Below are positions 1 through 13,727 of a DNA stretch of 64,000 nucleotides, in pieces. The position numbers and the translations under genes are program-made. This DNA comes from Octopus sinensis. Lineage: Eukaryota. Below the pieces are notes generated by a model. That model did not search any database, was not told where the DNA came from, and saw only the letters and a program-made list of their open reading frames with translations. Location: assembly GCF_006345805.1 (NCBI RefSeq), contig NC_043002.1, positions 40,424,001-40,488,000 of the forward strand. The letters run 5' to 3'. The number at the start of each line of letters is the position of its first letter. Positions within the stretch are counted from its first letter, which is position 1.

Positions 1-960
1 AGCAGAATTTGTGCTTTTCGGCATTCTGTGATCACATTGTTCACAAATTACCTCATTTTAGATATGCTCTCACAATGACATTCCTAGCAAGGATGTTTCC
101 ATGGCCCTTTGCATCATAACCGATCGATATTCTACCCTCTTCATAGGCCACATCTCACTTGCATGTACATGAGTTTCCGACAACATCAAGGATCCTTCAG
201 GGAGACAGCCAAGCAACTTTATGACCATGTTAAACTGACTCCCATCCTTAGGAATAGAAAAAGTTTTGACTCCATTGTAAGACAAAATCATCACCAAGCA
301 GAAGTAATCAAGACACCAACAGAGCCTATATATCTCTGACCTTGACTATACTGGTGATCTTCTCACAGCTCTTCTTAACATACTTATAGTATGCCTTAGC
401 CAAGACCAGCCCGTTTCTCATGACCTAGGATGAACACCACATGTCAAATTAATGCAATTCACAGAAGTAACTACTTTCCTTTTAGGTTACTAGGTTGGTG
501 ACAGAAAGAAAGGCTTCTTGGTATGTAAGAGACAAGCCCAAAGAAACTGTAACATGCTCTGGCAACCAAGTATTTCAGAGCCAACAAAGCAGACCTTTTT
601 CAGAGCATGTGTAGAGAGCATTCTCCATGGAGATAACACCTGAACTATGATGAATGAGCTTGATGGTAGGAGGCTTAAACAGATCATGTTGTGAACAAAG
701 TACCAAGGAGGAAGTTTTTGAGCACTTTCTAGCAAACCTTATTCAAAGCAAGAGTAAGCTTTGATGTCCACTGCTATTGTGCTGAATAGGTCATATCAGA
801 TGTTATACTTATGGGGTCTTCCATATACTATACATTGATATTATGGCAAAGACTATGGAATTGAGGACAGAGATTCCAGGCGTGGTGAGAAGCATCTAGG
901 TTGCAGCTGCTTTTATATATATATAGGCGATCCTTCTGTATGTGTCTCTAGAGAGATGGT
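1..960 (+). mobile_element. Degraded RTE-like LINE, RT C-terminal region and 3' end
   Basis: Plus strand near 560-670 reads PSISEPTKQTFFRACVESILHGDNT*TMMNELDG, resembling the 'F-A-VESVLLYGSETWTL...LDG' region of the better-preserved LINE at 31930. Many stops; boundaries approximate. Confidence 0.45.
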
Positions 961-3900
961 GAGGAGACGCCATTATAGACCTTTTTCAGCCTAGCCTCTT
1001 TGTCACGAGGGACGTTATGTGGGTGAATTAAGTCGTCTACTAATCCCGAAGGACTGTCACATATAAACATGCAGAAAGAGAAATATACATTAAGCGCATG
1101 TGGCTCTTTCTTGCAAGTCTTTTCAGTTTATATATATATTATATAAAATCAAAATATCCCGGTGCAACTATCTTCATATAGGAAATAGACCATGTGCACA
1201 ATATTTTGAATGGGGCAATCAAGATAACTTTATTTCGAGAAACAAGTAAACGTGATTATTTATATATATTATATAAACACTGTATATTGCATGTTAAAAT
1301 GTAGTTATTTTCAAAACCGTTCAAAATTAACGGAATATTTACTGTTGGGTGACTCAAATGCTGAGTGTAGTTAAATATATTATAAATTGTGAGGGCTGAG
1401 ACTTAAAGGTCTAGTGAAGTGGTTGAGTAAGCTGTTAGACGAAAGTTCCAGTCAATTCGAAATAAAATATAGCATAATTTTGTTAATTATTTAAGTTAAC
1501 GAATATGATGTAAATATACATGGTTATCAAATAAATTATATAATTTCACTTTAACTACTTAAACAGAAAGCATCAAACTTGTTATAACGTTGTAATTAAG
1601 AAGATTTATGTTAAAAGAACTCCCACGAAAACTGTAGATGTTTATATTCTAAAGGGAACATTATTTTTTTTTATCCTATAATATCTCCCAACTTTAGGGA
1701 GATTTCTTTTTAGAGCTTAACTTTTGAAAATTATGAAAATATTAAATTGTACTTTTAAGCGAATTGAAATATGAAATGTATTTTCTCGAGATACTGGAGT
1801 AAAATCTTTCTGGAAGGAAATAAGTTATGTAATTGTTATGCTGTGTATAAAGAATACCAAAACGCCGGAGCAGCTTTCAGCAATACAATTCTAAAACCAG
1901 TTGTTTCTATCCAGTTTTATTAAATGGCGTTGGATATTACGTCATGAGTAAGACAACAACACCTTCGAAACTATTTCCGTTGTTGAATTCATTAGATCAG
2001 AACCTCTTACAATAGTTAAAAACAATGTATTGTACGATATACTTCTGTCATGTGCAACAGGGCAGATTTAAATCTGTGAGAAAAAAATAAAAATAAAGAA
2101 ATAAAACACGCACATAAATAGAAAAAAAAAACAAAAAAAAAACTCGAAGCTAACTGTAGTGCTAACTTAATCAAACGTTACGTTATCTCGGCAATTATTC
2201 AAGCTTATAAATAGGACTTAACCAATAGGTATTAATAGCTGTGATTTTGTAGTATCTTTACTCCTCCCCCTCATATATAGATCCATATAAACATGCAAGG
2301 AATGTTATTGCATTAAGTAACGAATTGATTCTTTGAAGAAATAGAACGAAGACGAAAATTTTCAGCAAATTATGAGTGCTTAACTGACAACCAATGAACA
2401 CATGGAAAAACTATCTAATTCAGCCGGTCTTTCATCGCCTGTCAGTTATAGCGAGGACATGTTTCTATTGTATCTGGGTAGTTATTTTCATTCATCGGCT
2501 CAGTAAGAATTTAAGGCGTCGAACATAATACAATTAGCACCGGCAATTAGTTTCATTTTAACAAGGAGTTATAACCCGTTTAGAGTTAGCACAAGAATGT
2601 ATTTGATTTGGTGTTAAGCAGAGTTTTTACTAAGAAAAAAAAAAAATAATAATAATTTTCTCTATCGCCATTACTGGAGCATTTCCCTGTTTCATGGCAC
2701 CAAGTGGTTGAGACTAGTCTCCCCCTGGATAGGGCACCAGTCCATTAACAGGTTTCGTCCATCCGAGTTCAATTAAGTTCGAATATTTCAATAGTTACAT
2801 TCCAAAGTACCAATTTACGGCGAGCTGAACTCGTCTGGCGAGAGTTAAATGTGGTCATGAAGATAACTAAAACGCAAATGTCGGCCAAACCTTAAACACA
2901 ACCCACCCAGCTGCGACTGTAGTTTAATAGTTAGCAAAATAAAAACAAAAATATTACATTCCATAGAGATAAATAAAGGAAAGCTACCAACAAACACACA
3001 CACACACAGGGCAATTTACCAATAAATTTCTTCTGCATATCTCATTTCAATCTTATTCGAAAAACTCAGTCTAACCCGATTACTCGTCTGAATTGTAACC
3101 ATCACTCTATACCTAAGTAAAGCTACAAGAGAACTACGTAAAATGTTAAACAATTCGAAAAGTTTGTGTTTACACTTAGAAAAGGAGTGGTGGCTATCGA
3201 TGCAAGAGAGGCAATGACGGGTAAACATGTTATGCACATATTCTCAAATTTACCTAAAGAAATACGAGTAGAAACGGACATAATTTTCAACAAATGGTTT
3301 TTTTATACAAAGGATTCTGTTCAAAGAATGAAATAGATATTAACCAAATATATGAGCAGTTTACTGTTGAAGAATTTTTTTCCCTTCCAAATATTTCCAT
3401 GGGCAAAATCTTTATAGAATTGGACTAGAGAGGGGGGGGATATCCAAAATTGTACTTAAAACCATAACACTAAAAATATTTTTAACAAATTTTAATTCAA
3501 TTCATTGATTCTAAATAAAATAGAATAACCATTACTGAACTTAAGACTTCACCATTTCAAAATATGTATAATATAAAATGCAGACGCATACACACATTGA
3601 CAACTAACGTTTTCTTACAAGATAAAAGTTAATTCCTTATTCCCAAGAATCATGTTAAAATATCTTAACCCAAAATATATCACGTAATTCAAACCAAACA
3701 GCTTTAAAAATCGGCTGATCCTGAAATGTAACCGGTATTTTAACATAAACAATTTGTATCTAAGAGAACATAGTCACACTACAAGTAGCGGCTCACTATA
3801 TAATTTATAATTATATATATATATATAAAATAAAGTCACAAAATGTATGGTTTAGTAAGGAGCCTTATCTTAATCTACTAATCCACCATCTTACAAGCCT

Positions 3901-4830
3901 AGTAAATGTTCTATATTTTAAATTCGTCAGAACTCTTTCACGCTGATTGATACTATTTAGATTATGAATATATTCATGTACATACTAAATATGTGCTCTA
4001 AGCATATGTGTGTGTGTGCGTATATGCATAACACAAACAAGAAAATGTACACGAAAAAAAATTCTTTAACAATGTAGAGAATAATGAGGGGAAAACAAGA
4101 GACGACAACTCTGCTGAAGAAACGGAAAGGACATTTTTCAGAGAAATTCGTAAATACTTCGTAATTTTATGAATTAGCAAGTTTAAATTAATAATTTTCC
4201 TATCATGCATCTTTGTATATTGATTTCTTCTGGATTCATCTTCTCTTGGGATTATTAAAAAAGCGGAGTAAAAATAAAATGAAATTCTCCTTTTAAGTAG
4301 TAAATAGTGTGTTGGTATTTTTACTTGTTAACCGTTCAACGAGTGAATTGTTTTACATTTTCATTTTACAAGGTGGGTTACTTTGCCGACAAACTGCGTC
4401 AATATTTGAAAATTTAGCCACATATACGGTCGGCTCGAAAATCTGAGAAAACAACTATGCATCCTTCTTGTTACTAAAACTTTTTAAAAGAAAAGTCAGC
4501 AAATAAATTCTTTTTCACTTAAAAGTTATAAAAAATATTGGTCAATTCCTTATGAAATACACAAAATATATATTAAATTGACTCAGTTAAATATTACGTG
4601 GAGAAATAGGAATTATATATTTAATGGATATTACTAATGAATATTTATGTTAAGTTGTATATATAAATTACAAGTTGAGTCGATTAATGAAAAAGTATAA
4701 AATTGTAAATGATGTTTTCAAAGTTAAATTTTAAAACTTTAGACATAAAGAAATTACGATTTATATGAAAAATACACGTTACAAATAGAATTATTTGGGG
4801 GTAAAATGACATAGATAAGTAAATAATTAC

Positions 4831-5548
4831 CAAGAAGTGCTGCGAACAGACAGAATCGACTAGGATGAAGATTAAGACACTTGGCTATGTCGTCCATAAT
4901 GTATTCCTTAGTTTCTAAAGAACCTTTATAGGTAAGTTTCAAGTTATTCGAAGAGAAATAGCGAGGTGGGTCAAATATAGCATACACGGAATCCTGGGCA
5001 ATGATTCCTTGCAATCCATGTTCTCGGCAGTATCCGATTACTTCTTGGTGATGATCGTCCATAGAACACGCGACAGATACATTTAATTGACGAAGGGCCA
5101 TCCGAAGGGCACTTCGTAAAAAAACGGGTGGGGTCCACCATACCTTTGGCGGCGGTGTACCTTTGTTGTTCACGTGCTTGGTGACTAGATTTGCTTTTTT
5201 CCTTTGATTCTGTTGTTCAGCTGACCATTCATTTAAACTTTGACTTTCAAGAGCACCGTTGAAGAAAACAACCAGCTCCATGTTGGCACTGTGGCAAGCC
5301 TGAACAAGACTTGTAAGAAAATACATCATGCGGTTCCATTGACCACCGCATACCCAGTCAGAGAAGTAACCACCGTAAAGACGATCCAAGCAACTTTCAG
5401 CATCCACCACCAAATAAAAGTGACCAGAATCGTTGAATTTATAACGTCGTTTCGGTACAAATCCACGTGATATCTTCAGTAAATCCACCGAAACACATGC
5501 GCTTGAGCAATGTGTTTCCAGAAATTCTTGTAAAGCCTTGATACCCAT
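4831..5548 (-). CDS. FAM120A: FAM120A-like protein (constitutive coactivator of PPAR-gamma-like protein 1 family), first coding exon, PIN-like N-terminal domain
   Basis: MGIKALQEFLE...LVVDAESCLDRLYGGYFSDWVCGGQWNRM...NKGTPPPKVWWTPPV...DDHHQEVIGYCRE...FAALLG is the FAM120 N-terminus. ATG at 5548; donor CTTG|GTAATT after 4831 (phase 1). No later exons recognised in the window. Confidence 0.93.
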
Positions 5549-5759
5549 TTTCTTTTTGATTCCCTATTCTATATCCTCTCGGCTTTGGTTTAGCCCTAGG
5601 CAGGATGTATAATGATTTGATTTCTTCTAACCCCTTCAATACTGCTTAATCTACCGGTTAACTCATGAAGATAAGAAAATAAAGAAAAGAAAGAGACTGC
5701 AGGCACGTTATCACCATCTATATGGCTACCATGTGCACCCTCTTATCTTCTTCCCTTCC

Positions 5760-5885
5760 TTCTCACCGGACACAGCAACGGTGGCGCTAGTCTCACAGAT
5801 GCCCGGATGAACAACATCCCATAATTGTCATGACAGTAGTAGCGAATCATTACTAACATCCGGGCTACACACCGGAAGTATTTGC
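5760..5885. promoter_or_regulatory. Candidate FAM120-like promoter with ETS motifs
   Basis: GC/CpG-enriched patch 200-340 bp upstream of the ATG: ACCGGAAGT (5871-5879), GCCCGGATGA (5801-5810), inverted ACATCCGGGC (~5857-5864), palindrome TGTCATGACA (5826-5835), CTCF-like CGGTGGCGCTAG (5779-5790). Confidence 0.6.
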
Positions 5886-7352
5886 CATTAAATTAAAAGC
5901 TATTCTTATTTTCAACAATTTTCTTATACGAAAATATTCTCACTTTAAAAAGGATTTCTTAATATATACCCATCAAAAATAAACAATTAAATGATATTTT
6001 TCCAAAATATTTTTTAATCTTAATATTCCATATGTTTTTTTTCCTATAGTAAATGCGTATTTAATGTTTTGATTTGTACGTTTTTTTATTTTATTTTTTA
6101 AAATAATGTACTTGGAAGTAAAACAATGTAATTTATTTTTTCCCCGAACCGAATTCTTTTTATGAAGTTTTTATTTTTCCTTTATTAAATTGATTTCATA
6201 TTAAAAAAAGGAAAAACAATTTCTAGTAATGTCAAGCTAACTGAAAGTAGGAATTTCAGTAACAGTTTTTATTGCTTAACACTACCATAAATAAGATATA
6301 AATTTTTTAAAAGTTGTCCAGCGGACGCTTTATTTATTAATGCAGTTTGCAATAAGACATGGTAAAAGGGCAGTCTTATTATTAGACCATGTAACAAATG
6401 CATGAATTAGAAAATAAAATAAATTAAATTAGAGAAATGGACGAAACAGAGAACACAATTGAAAAAAATTACAAAACAATAAATAAATTATTTCATAGAA
6501 GTTGCTTATTTACTTCGAAATAATTGAAATCGTAACATGTTCGTTGTAATTATAACTGATTTGTTTTGTTATTTTTCGCTAATATACAATGAATTTATAA
6601 TTATACTTTTGGAAAGTATTCTGAATTAATTTATGCGTACAAAAGCAAATATCTTAATTGAAACAGTGACATTTAAAATGGTAAAAAGGGCAGATTAGAT
6701 TTTCCCAGATTTATTATACCTGTTGGAACTCTCACAAATTTTTTTCCTCCCACTACTTTGTGTTCCATTTATTGTTTATAAACATTTTTTTTCCTGCGAA
6801 TTTACATCTTATAAGACAGTTGTATATTGATTATTAGTAAAATAGTATTTATATATGATGAGGGAACGAGTTTTCTTGTCAGATATATTTAAAGGTTACA
6901 GAAATAAAGACTTCTTTTGAAGATAGAAGGTCACAATTTGTTGTGAATGCATTTAGTCTACAGAATTAACCTTCAACACAACATTAAAATATTTTCTTAT
7001 TCACCCTATAAGGATGAAAGGTAACGTTCACCCAGATAAGATTTCTATCTCATAAGAACCGATAAATGCTAAATAATGTATCAGGCTTTGGATTGATACT
7101 CGACTGATGTGTGTTGAGTGACCATTCTAAAAAGTGAGGTAGTAATAGTTAACTGTTTACTTTTTAAACATAAAGCAATTGTCACTATCTTGTACACTAT
7201 TGAGAGGAATGAAACTAATGCTACAGAGAGGGATAAAATCAAAAGATATAGTTAAAGAGGGAGCCTCTGTATGGTCATTGAAACCTACTAGAAAAGGCAA
7301 TCAAATCTCCCTCAAATGTTATTCATTTGTCTTGCAAAAGGATACTCTCTCT

Positions 7353-7482
7353 CTTTTACTCTTTTACATGTTTCAGTCATTTGACTGTGGCCATGCTGGA
7401 GCACCACCTTTAGTCGAGCAAATCAACCCCGGGACTTATTCTTTGTAAGCCCAGTACTTATTCTATTGGTCTCTTTTGCCGC
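7353..7482 (-). mobile_element. 3' part of SINE family C
   Basis: tttcagtcatttgactgtggccatgctggagcacc...gtacttattctattggtctcttttgccg matches the tails of copies at 45470-45843 and 59395-59765. Confidence 0.75.
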
Positions 7483-7769
7483 TAATGTAATTTTAGAAAC
7501 ATTATGTCAAGAGAAAAAAAAGCATTGAAAAGTACCAGCTGGTTCAGGGTAAAATAGCTAAAGAACATGTCATAAAACATAATGATGACTTTTTAATAGA
7601 CTAATTTCTGAGCCAACCCTATAAATTTGAAGCAAGCAACACCTTAATATGTTTTATCTAAAGAATAAAATGTAATACCAGCAACTATATATGTGATCAT
7701 GAGCAAAGGGCTGGCAGTCTAATTCAATACTGGATATTCTTCAGTCTTTAAGTCAAAAACTATTTTAAA

Positions 7770-9460
7770 AAATTTAACAAGCAAGATCCAGTTTGTAATA
7801 TATCTAAAAATTCTGGAATGGGTGAACTAATACAAAGATGTCACTTAATTATCTAGGACGAATGTACCATGGCCCACAAAAAAAGTTTTTGAAGCTGTTA
7901 ACAGAACATTACGAGACATTAGGAATTGCAATTCCATGATGAGAAATGTCACAGTATTATTGTCAGGAAACTTCCGACAAACACTACCAGTTGTTCCAAG
8001 ATGAACAAAAGTGGATGAGCTCAATGCTTCAATAAAGTATTCTGTATTACGGCATCATGTGAAAACACTTCAACTTTCAATAAATATGAGATCAAGGCTT
8101 TCAAGACATCAACCAGCTGAACTATTTGCAGAGCAGCTTTTGAAGTTTGGTGAAGAGAGACTTCCAATTGATGAAGAACAGTTTCTTACATTCACTCCAA
8201 TGTGTAATTCAACTCATTCTGTCGATGATTTGGTGGATGAAATCTTTCCTAATCTTCTTCATAATTACAACAATACAGGTTGGATCTGTGAGCGAGCTAT
8301 CCTGGATTCAAAAAATGTTGCAGTACATAGCATTAATAATATGCTATTGAATAAGCTTCCAGGAGAAATACTCACTTATAACTCAATTGACAGCGTTGTT
8401 GATGATCGGGATAGTGTTAACTACTCCTTCAAATTTTTGAACTCACTAGAACCACCAGGTACAGCTCCTCATTATCTTCAGCTGAAAAAAGGGACTCCTA
8501 TTGTGCTATAACATAATTTGTCCCAACCAAAATTATGCAATAGTACAAGATTAATTGTGCACAAACTTGTGAGGAACTGCATTGAGGCAAATATTCTCAC
8601 TGGTTGTGGCAAAGGTGACACCGTCTTCATTCCTCACATACCAGTTATACCGTCTAATGTCCCATTCCAGTTTAAATGGTTACAGTTTCCTATCCGAGTT
8701 TCTTTTGCTATGAGCATTAATAAAAGTCAAGGCCTAATACTTAAAGTTGCTTGATTGCAACTTTAAGAACCGTGCTCTTCACATGGCCAACTTTGTTTAG
8801 GAGCATCATGCGTGGGAGCAAAAGCAAATCTTTTTGCTTATGCACCCCAAAATAAAACAAAAAACATTGTTTACAAAGACATATTCACTCTTAATGCAAC
8901 ATGAATACTCCAGTAACTTATTTCCCCATCACTATCATTACATTCAAGAATTACTACATTACCTATTTCAATGAACTGTATTATATAATTGCCATTACTG
9001 TATTGATAAATATCATTAAAAAGATAATATGATAAACAAACAGATCAGGATAGTGTCAACTACCCCATTAATTCTTTAACTCACTACAACCACCAGGCAC
9101 AGCTCCTCATTATCTTCAGTTGAAAAAAGGGATTCCTATTATGCTATTACATATTTTGTCTCAACAAAAATTATGCAATAGTACATGATTAATTGTGCAC
9201 AAACTTCATTGACCCAAACATTCTCACTGTTTGAACCCCTGAAATAAAACAAAAACATTGTTCATAAAGAAATATTCATTCTTGATGCAACATGAATAAC
9301 TTCATTTGCCATTACTATCATTACATTCAAGAATGAGTAAATGACCTATTTCAATGAACTGTATTATTTAACTGTCATTACTGTATTAAACTGTATTAAA
9401 CAATAAAACAACAGATACATCTCACTTATTATTAAGGCAATGCAGGCACTCACAAACTGG
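7770..9460 (+). mobile_element. Helitron remnant: disrupted PIF1-like helicase C-terminal half, internal partial duplication, putative CTRR 3' end
   Basis: Motifs [77 protein letters not shown], with stops and frameshifts. Possible terminus ...ggcaatgcaggcactcacaaaCTGG|t at 9457-9460. Confidence 0.9.
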
Positions 9461-9815
9461 TAAGAACAATGTCATTAAATGTTCAGCTTCGATATTTATT
9501 GGTCAATGTTTGCCAGAAAGAAAATTCCAGAGAATTATGTTTGAAAAGAAGTACTGGGAAAAAGAACTGACTGCAGTGTCTGGAAGTAAGACATGATGAG
9601 TGTGAATATGTGGAGAACATGAGGAAAATAAGAGACGGATAGTGACAGCATGCTGTTAGCTAATTCAAAAGAGCAGAATCCATTGTAGCAAGGGCAAAAG
9701 AAACAACATAAGGAATTTGTATATTAGAGAGTTAACGATCGTAATGTGCTGGTGAGTAAATCATTGCCTTTTGGTCAAATTAACTTCTTTTAGATGTGTT
9801 CTAAGGTGTTTGTAG

Positions 9816-10045
9816 AGGTGCATGGCCTAGTGGTTAGAATGTTGGAATCATGATCATAAGATTGTGGTTTTGATTCCCAGACTGGGCTGTGTGTTGTGTT
9901 CTTGAGTAAAACACTTCATTTCATGTTGCTCTAGTCCATTCAGCTGTAAAACAATCTTGTGACAGACTGTCATCCTGTCCAGGTGGGGGATATATACACC
10001 ACAGAAACTGACCTTATAAATCTTTATGGCTTGAGGAAGGATCTT
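9816..10045 (+). mobile_element. tRNA-derived SINE family B
   Basis: Head with A-box-like tggcctagtggttag, then ttgtgttcttgagtaaaacacttcatttc. Other copies at about 22795-23040(-), 23745-23900(+), 23905-24030(-), 31600-31765(-), 43610-43950(-), 49078-49420(+, two), 55200-55373(-). Confidence 0.8.
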
Positions 10046-10239
10046 TATCCAATCCTATATGTTTAAAGTGTTTATGTATGTCAAATAACAGTACTGTCAC
10101 TTACATATGAGTAATACTCCAATGTGGATTTTGAGATTTATAGAGCTAAGCATATAATAATTGCACTTATATTCTAAATTTTCAAGTGATTGAAGTGGGG
10201 AAAAAAGCCCTTGATAAGATTTGACCACTACAAGGTTCT

Positions 10240-10500
10240 GTCCCTTTTTACAACGTAGTGGCTTGTGTGCCTCAATGGCCTTGAGAAGTATGCCAGCAGA
10301 GTTCAAACTTCTGGTGGGGCCTCCCATATTGGAGAAGTTACAGGATAGAGGTCACACTAATGTGGGCCACTTCTTTTCAGGAGTAAAAATAGGTTTGTGT
10401 AGGGCCAACACCCCTACCTTGAAAAAACAAAGTTATAGAAGCATTGATGACAATTCAAAACCAACAAAACCTGAAAGAGAAAAGCCTTCCCTAAGGAAAA
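10240..10500 (+). mobile_element. Possible RTE LINE 5' UTR fragment
   Basis: gggccaacacccctaccttgaaaaaa resembles the ggctaacaaccctac...aaaa motif of RTE 5' UTRs; no downstream ORF. Confidence 0.3.
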
Positions 10501-13224
10501 GGCAACTGCTAAGCATTTTGTCCAACTTTGCTCACGATTCTATCAGCCCACTGCCTTATGAACATATTAGGTAATGTATTCCTAGTTAAACTATTTAGGT
10601 GGTGAGTTGGCAATTAGAGCAGTGGACAGAGTGTTAGTATTTGTTCCATATCTAGGCACTATGAGTTCAAATCTTGCTGGGGTCAACTTTACTTTTCATT
10701 CTTCTGCAGTTTATTAATAAAGTGTTAGTGAAATATTAAGATAAATTCTACACCCTCTCTCTCCTTTCCACTCTGCTTCTTTCTCTTGGAATCAGTTATG
10801 GTGTGTTGTAGAAAGATTCATGGGTGATCCCTCCCAGTGCCCATTCTCCATAAATGGAGAATTTACCATAACCTAGAAACCCCTTCTAATAGAAAAACTA
10901 ATGAACTACAGGAATCATCTAATTATAGACTTATGTGCAATACAACATGGAAGAGAAGAATATAAGAGATGTAAAATTTCTAACCCCCCACCAAAAAGCC
11001 CTCCAAAAAAAAAAAAAACATATACTAATTGTTATAAATGTATCTGATTTATGAAAAAAATATTGTTTTACAATATATAGAATGTGAAGTCCCCAGTGAT
11101 ATCTCAATGTTAAATGGAATATGAAACATACCTCATTGATATGATCTATTTGGAGATCCTATTAAATTTCATCTGTTTACCCCACATGGATGTAGGATAT
11201 ATTAGAAATAATCTTAGTTTTCTATTATACTCCATTCAATTCTAGGATACTTAATAGGAATTACACTTGACTATAATATTTTAATAGCACTTTATTTTAT
11301 CAACTCTGGAGAAAAGGAATGACAAAATTGATTTTTGCGAAGTTTAAACTCAGAATTTAAGGGCATAACTAAATATGGCGAGCATTTTATCTGAAATTCT
11401 AATGATTCTACCAAATTGTAGCCAAATTTTCCCCAAACTACACTGCCACTCTTTGGAAAAAGACAAACTGGATAATGTAGAAAAAACTGGCAGATGATGC
11501 ACTTACTGATAGTTTACTCTGAACCACTTTACTTTTCATTTACCATTGAACTTGCTACAATACATAAGTTGACCAGACCTGTTAACACCACCAGCCATTT
11601 TCATCAAGCATCTCATGAAGGAAACAAATTTTGCTTTCTATGCTCTTTCTTTCACCCATTTACCCGCTTCCCTTTATACAACCTTACACTGGACACATTG
11701 TTTACACAGAGAAATTTACTCAGTTCAGTGCGTCTAGCTTAGCATTTTCAGCTTATTGTACTTGCTATACTCCCAACCATTATCCCAGACTCTAGCACCA
11801 GCCACTCTTAGTCTCTGTGCTTCCTTCAAGGCAAATCATCAGCAATCTTCTTCTTGTCTCTTGAATTGAAAATAACAGTTTTTCTTAGCTTCATTCAATG
11901 AAAATTGATTGATACAGCTAACTATATATTCAAACTCACTTAAATATGCAATCACAGGTATTTGCAATCCAGTACTGCACTGCTTTCTGATGCACCTGAG
12001 TATGTATGCAATTCTGTAGCACTCAGTATTTAAACTTATTTGAATGTATGCTATCTGGTATTGTACCATATTCAGACACTAAAATTTGTATGCAATTTTG
12101 TACTGTACTGTATTCAAATTCATTTGAATTACACTTATACTGACATATACAACAGTCCAGTTTTTCTTGCCAGATTCCTAGAATGCTTATTTGTAGCCTA
12201 GCATCACATTTATTTTTCAATGTAAAACATTCCATGTCAGTACACTTAGATCTTGATTTCTATCATTGTTACATAACAATTTATCTGATGAGGTAGGAAT
12301 GTAACAGGTGTATACTTTGAGTTTATTTGTAACTTGTGTCTGATCAGTAAATTCTATGTAAACAACAGCCAGGCTTTTGAGGAATAATGTCACCACAGAT
12401 TTGACCTATCAGATTTACTATGGAGTTTATAAAAAGTGACCGTTGAAAGAACTATATGGTAGAGACAGACAGGAAACCAGATCACAGTAATGCATTCATG
12501 TCAGGTGCTAATGAATATCAGCTGATACTAACAACCAGACCCACTAAATATGAAGAGTCCGTAATATGAACAGTTTAACTCCTACTAGCTTAAGCACTAC
12601 ATTATGGCAGCTGACCCTACCTCTCTCTCTCTCTTTCTCTCTCTCAGTAACTCTATATCTCTTTCACCTACATATAACTACAGAACCTGTCCAGCTACTT
12701 GGAAAAACTTCCTTTCATTACTCTGACATTCTTCATTGGATGGTTGTGTCTAATACAACTTTTAACAATAAGCATATGACAAATCAAAAACTTTAACTTC
12801 TCTCATTCGTTCATCTAGATTTCCATTTATCGCATTGTTACATGGGTGACCAATCTTCTTATTGTTAAACTGGTGGTCATATCATCCATATGTTACAATA
12901 GTATTGTTCTTAGCTAAGCAAGAATCATATGATTCAAGTCATGCTTCTATGGCACAGAGGTAAACAAACTGTGTACCAATCAGATTACACAACAATAACA
13001 ATAAGTAATTGTAATATTCATACCTATCCCAATGAATGACAGGAAATAAATTGTTGTTTCATAAAGAAGAACTATTCAGCAGATTTAACCTCAGTGTATG
13101 ACTGGTAGTTATTTTATCAATACTAGAATTTAAAAAATAACCCTTCTATCTTTTTTTCTGTTGATGATAAAACTTAAGACTTAACATATTATATACTGTA
13201 GCTGTCTTGTCCATGTTGATCGCT

Positions 13225-13687
13225 ATCATCATCATTGTTTAATGTCCACCTCCCATGCTGGCATGGGTGGGACAGTTTGCCAGGAGCTGGCCAGGCAGGG
13301 GCCTGCATCAAATTTCTGTAACTGTTTTGACAGGATTTTTACATTTGGATGCCCTTTTTAACACCAACCACTCAACAGAGTGGACTTAGTGCTTTTTATG
13401 TGACACAAGTACAGGCAAGGTCAGTTTGGGCAAGGTTTTTACAGCTGAGCTGGAAGCCCTGCCAAACACCAGCCACTTTACAGTGTGGGCTGGATGCTTT
13501 TTAAGTGGCACCCTTACTGACAGGGTCACCAAGTAACTTGCAAGACAAAAATCATTTGCAAGGAGTGGGGGCATTGGAATAGGTGATCTTGTGTCAGATG
13601 ATGAAAGGCTATATTGAGACAGAGAGACAGAAACAGGTGTCTTGCTGTAGACAAGGTACAAGGCTACCCAGCCAGCTAGTCAGTCAG

Positions 13688-13727
<40 letters not shown>

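Noticed and set aside
8011-8754. PIF1-like ORFs as a host DNA helicase gene
   Set aside because: Intronless, broken by stops and frameshifts, Helitron-type motifs and terminus.
9816-9890. tRNA genes at SINE heads (also about 49213 and 59935)
   Set aside because: A/B-box-like motifs only, no intact cloverleaf, and they continue into multicopy SINE bodies.
12690-12900. Possible Penelope RT C-terminal remnant
   Set aside because: Similarity too weak to support by eye.
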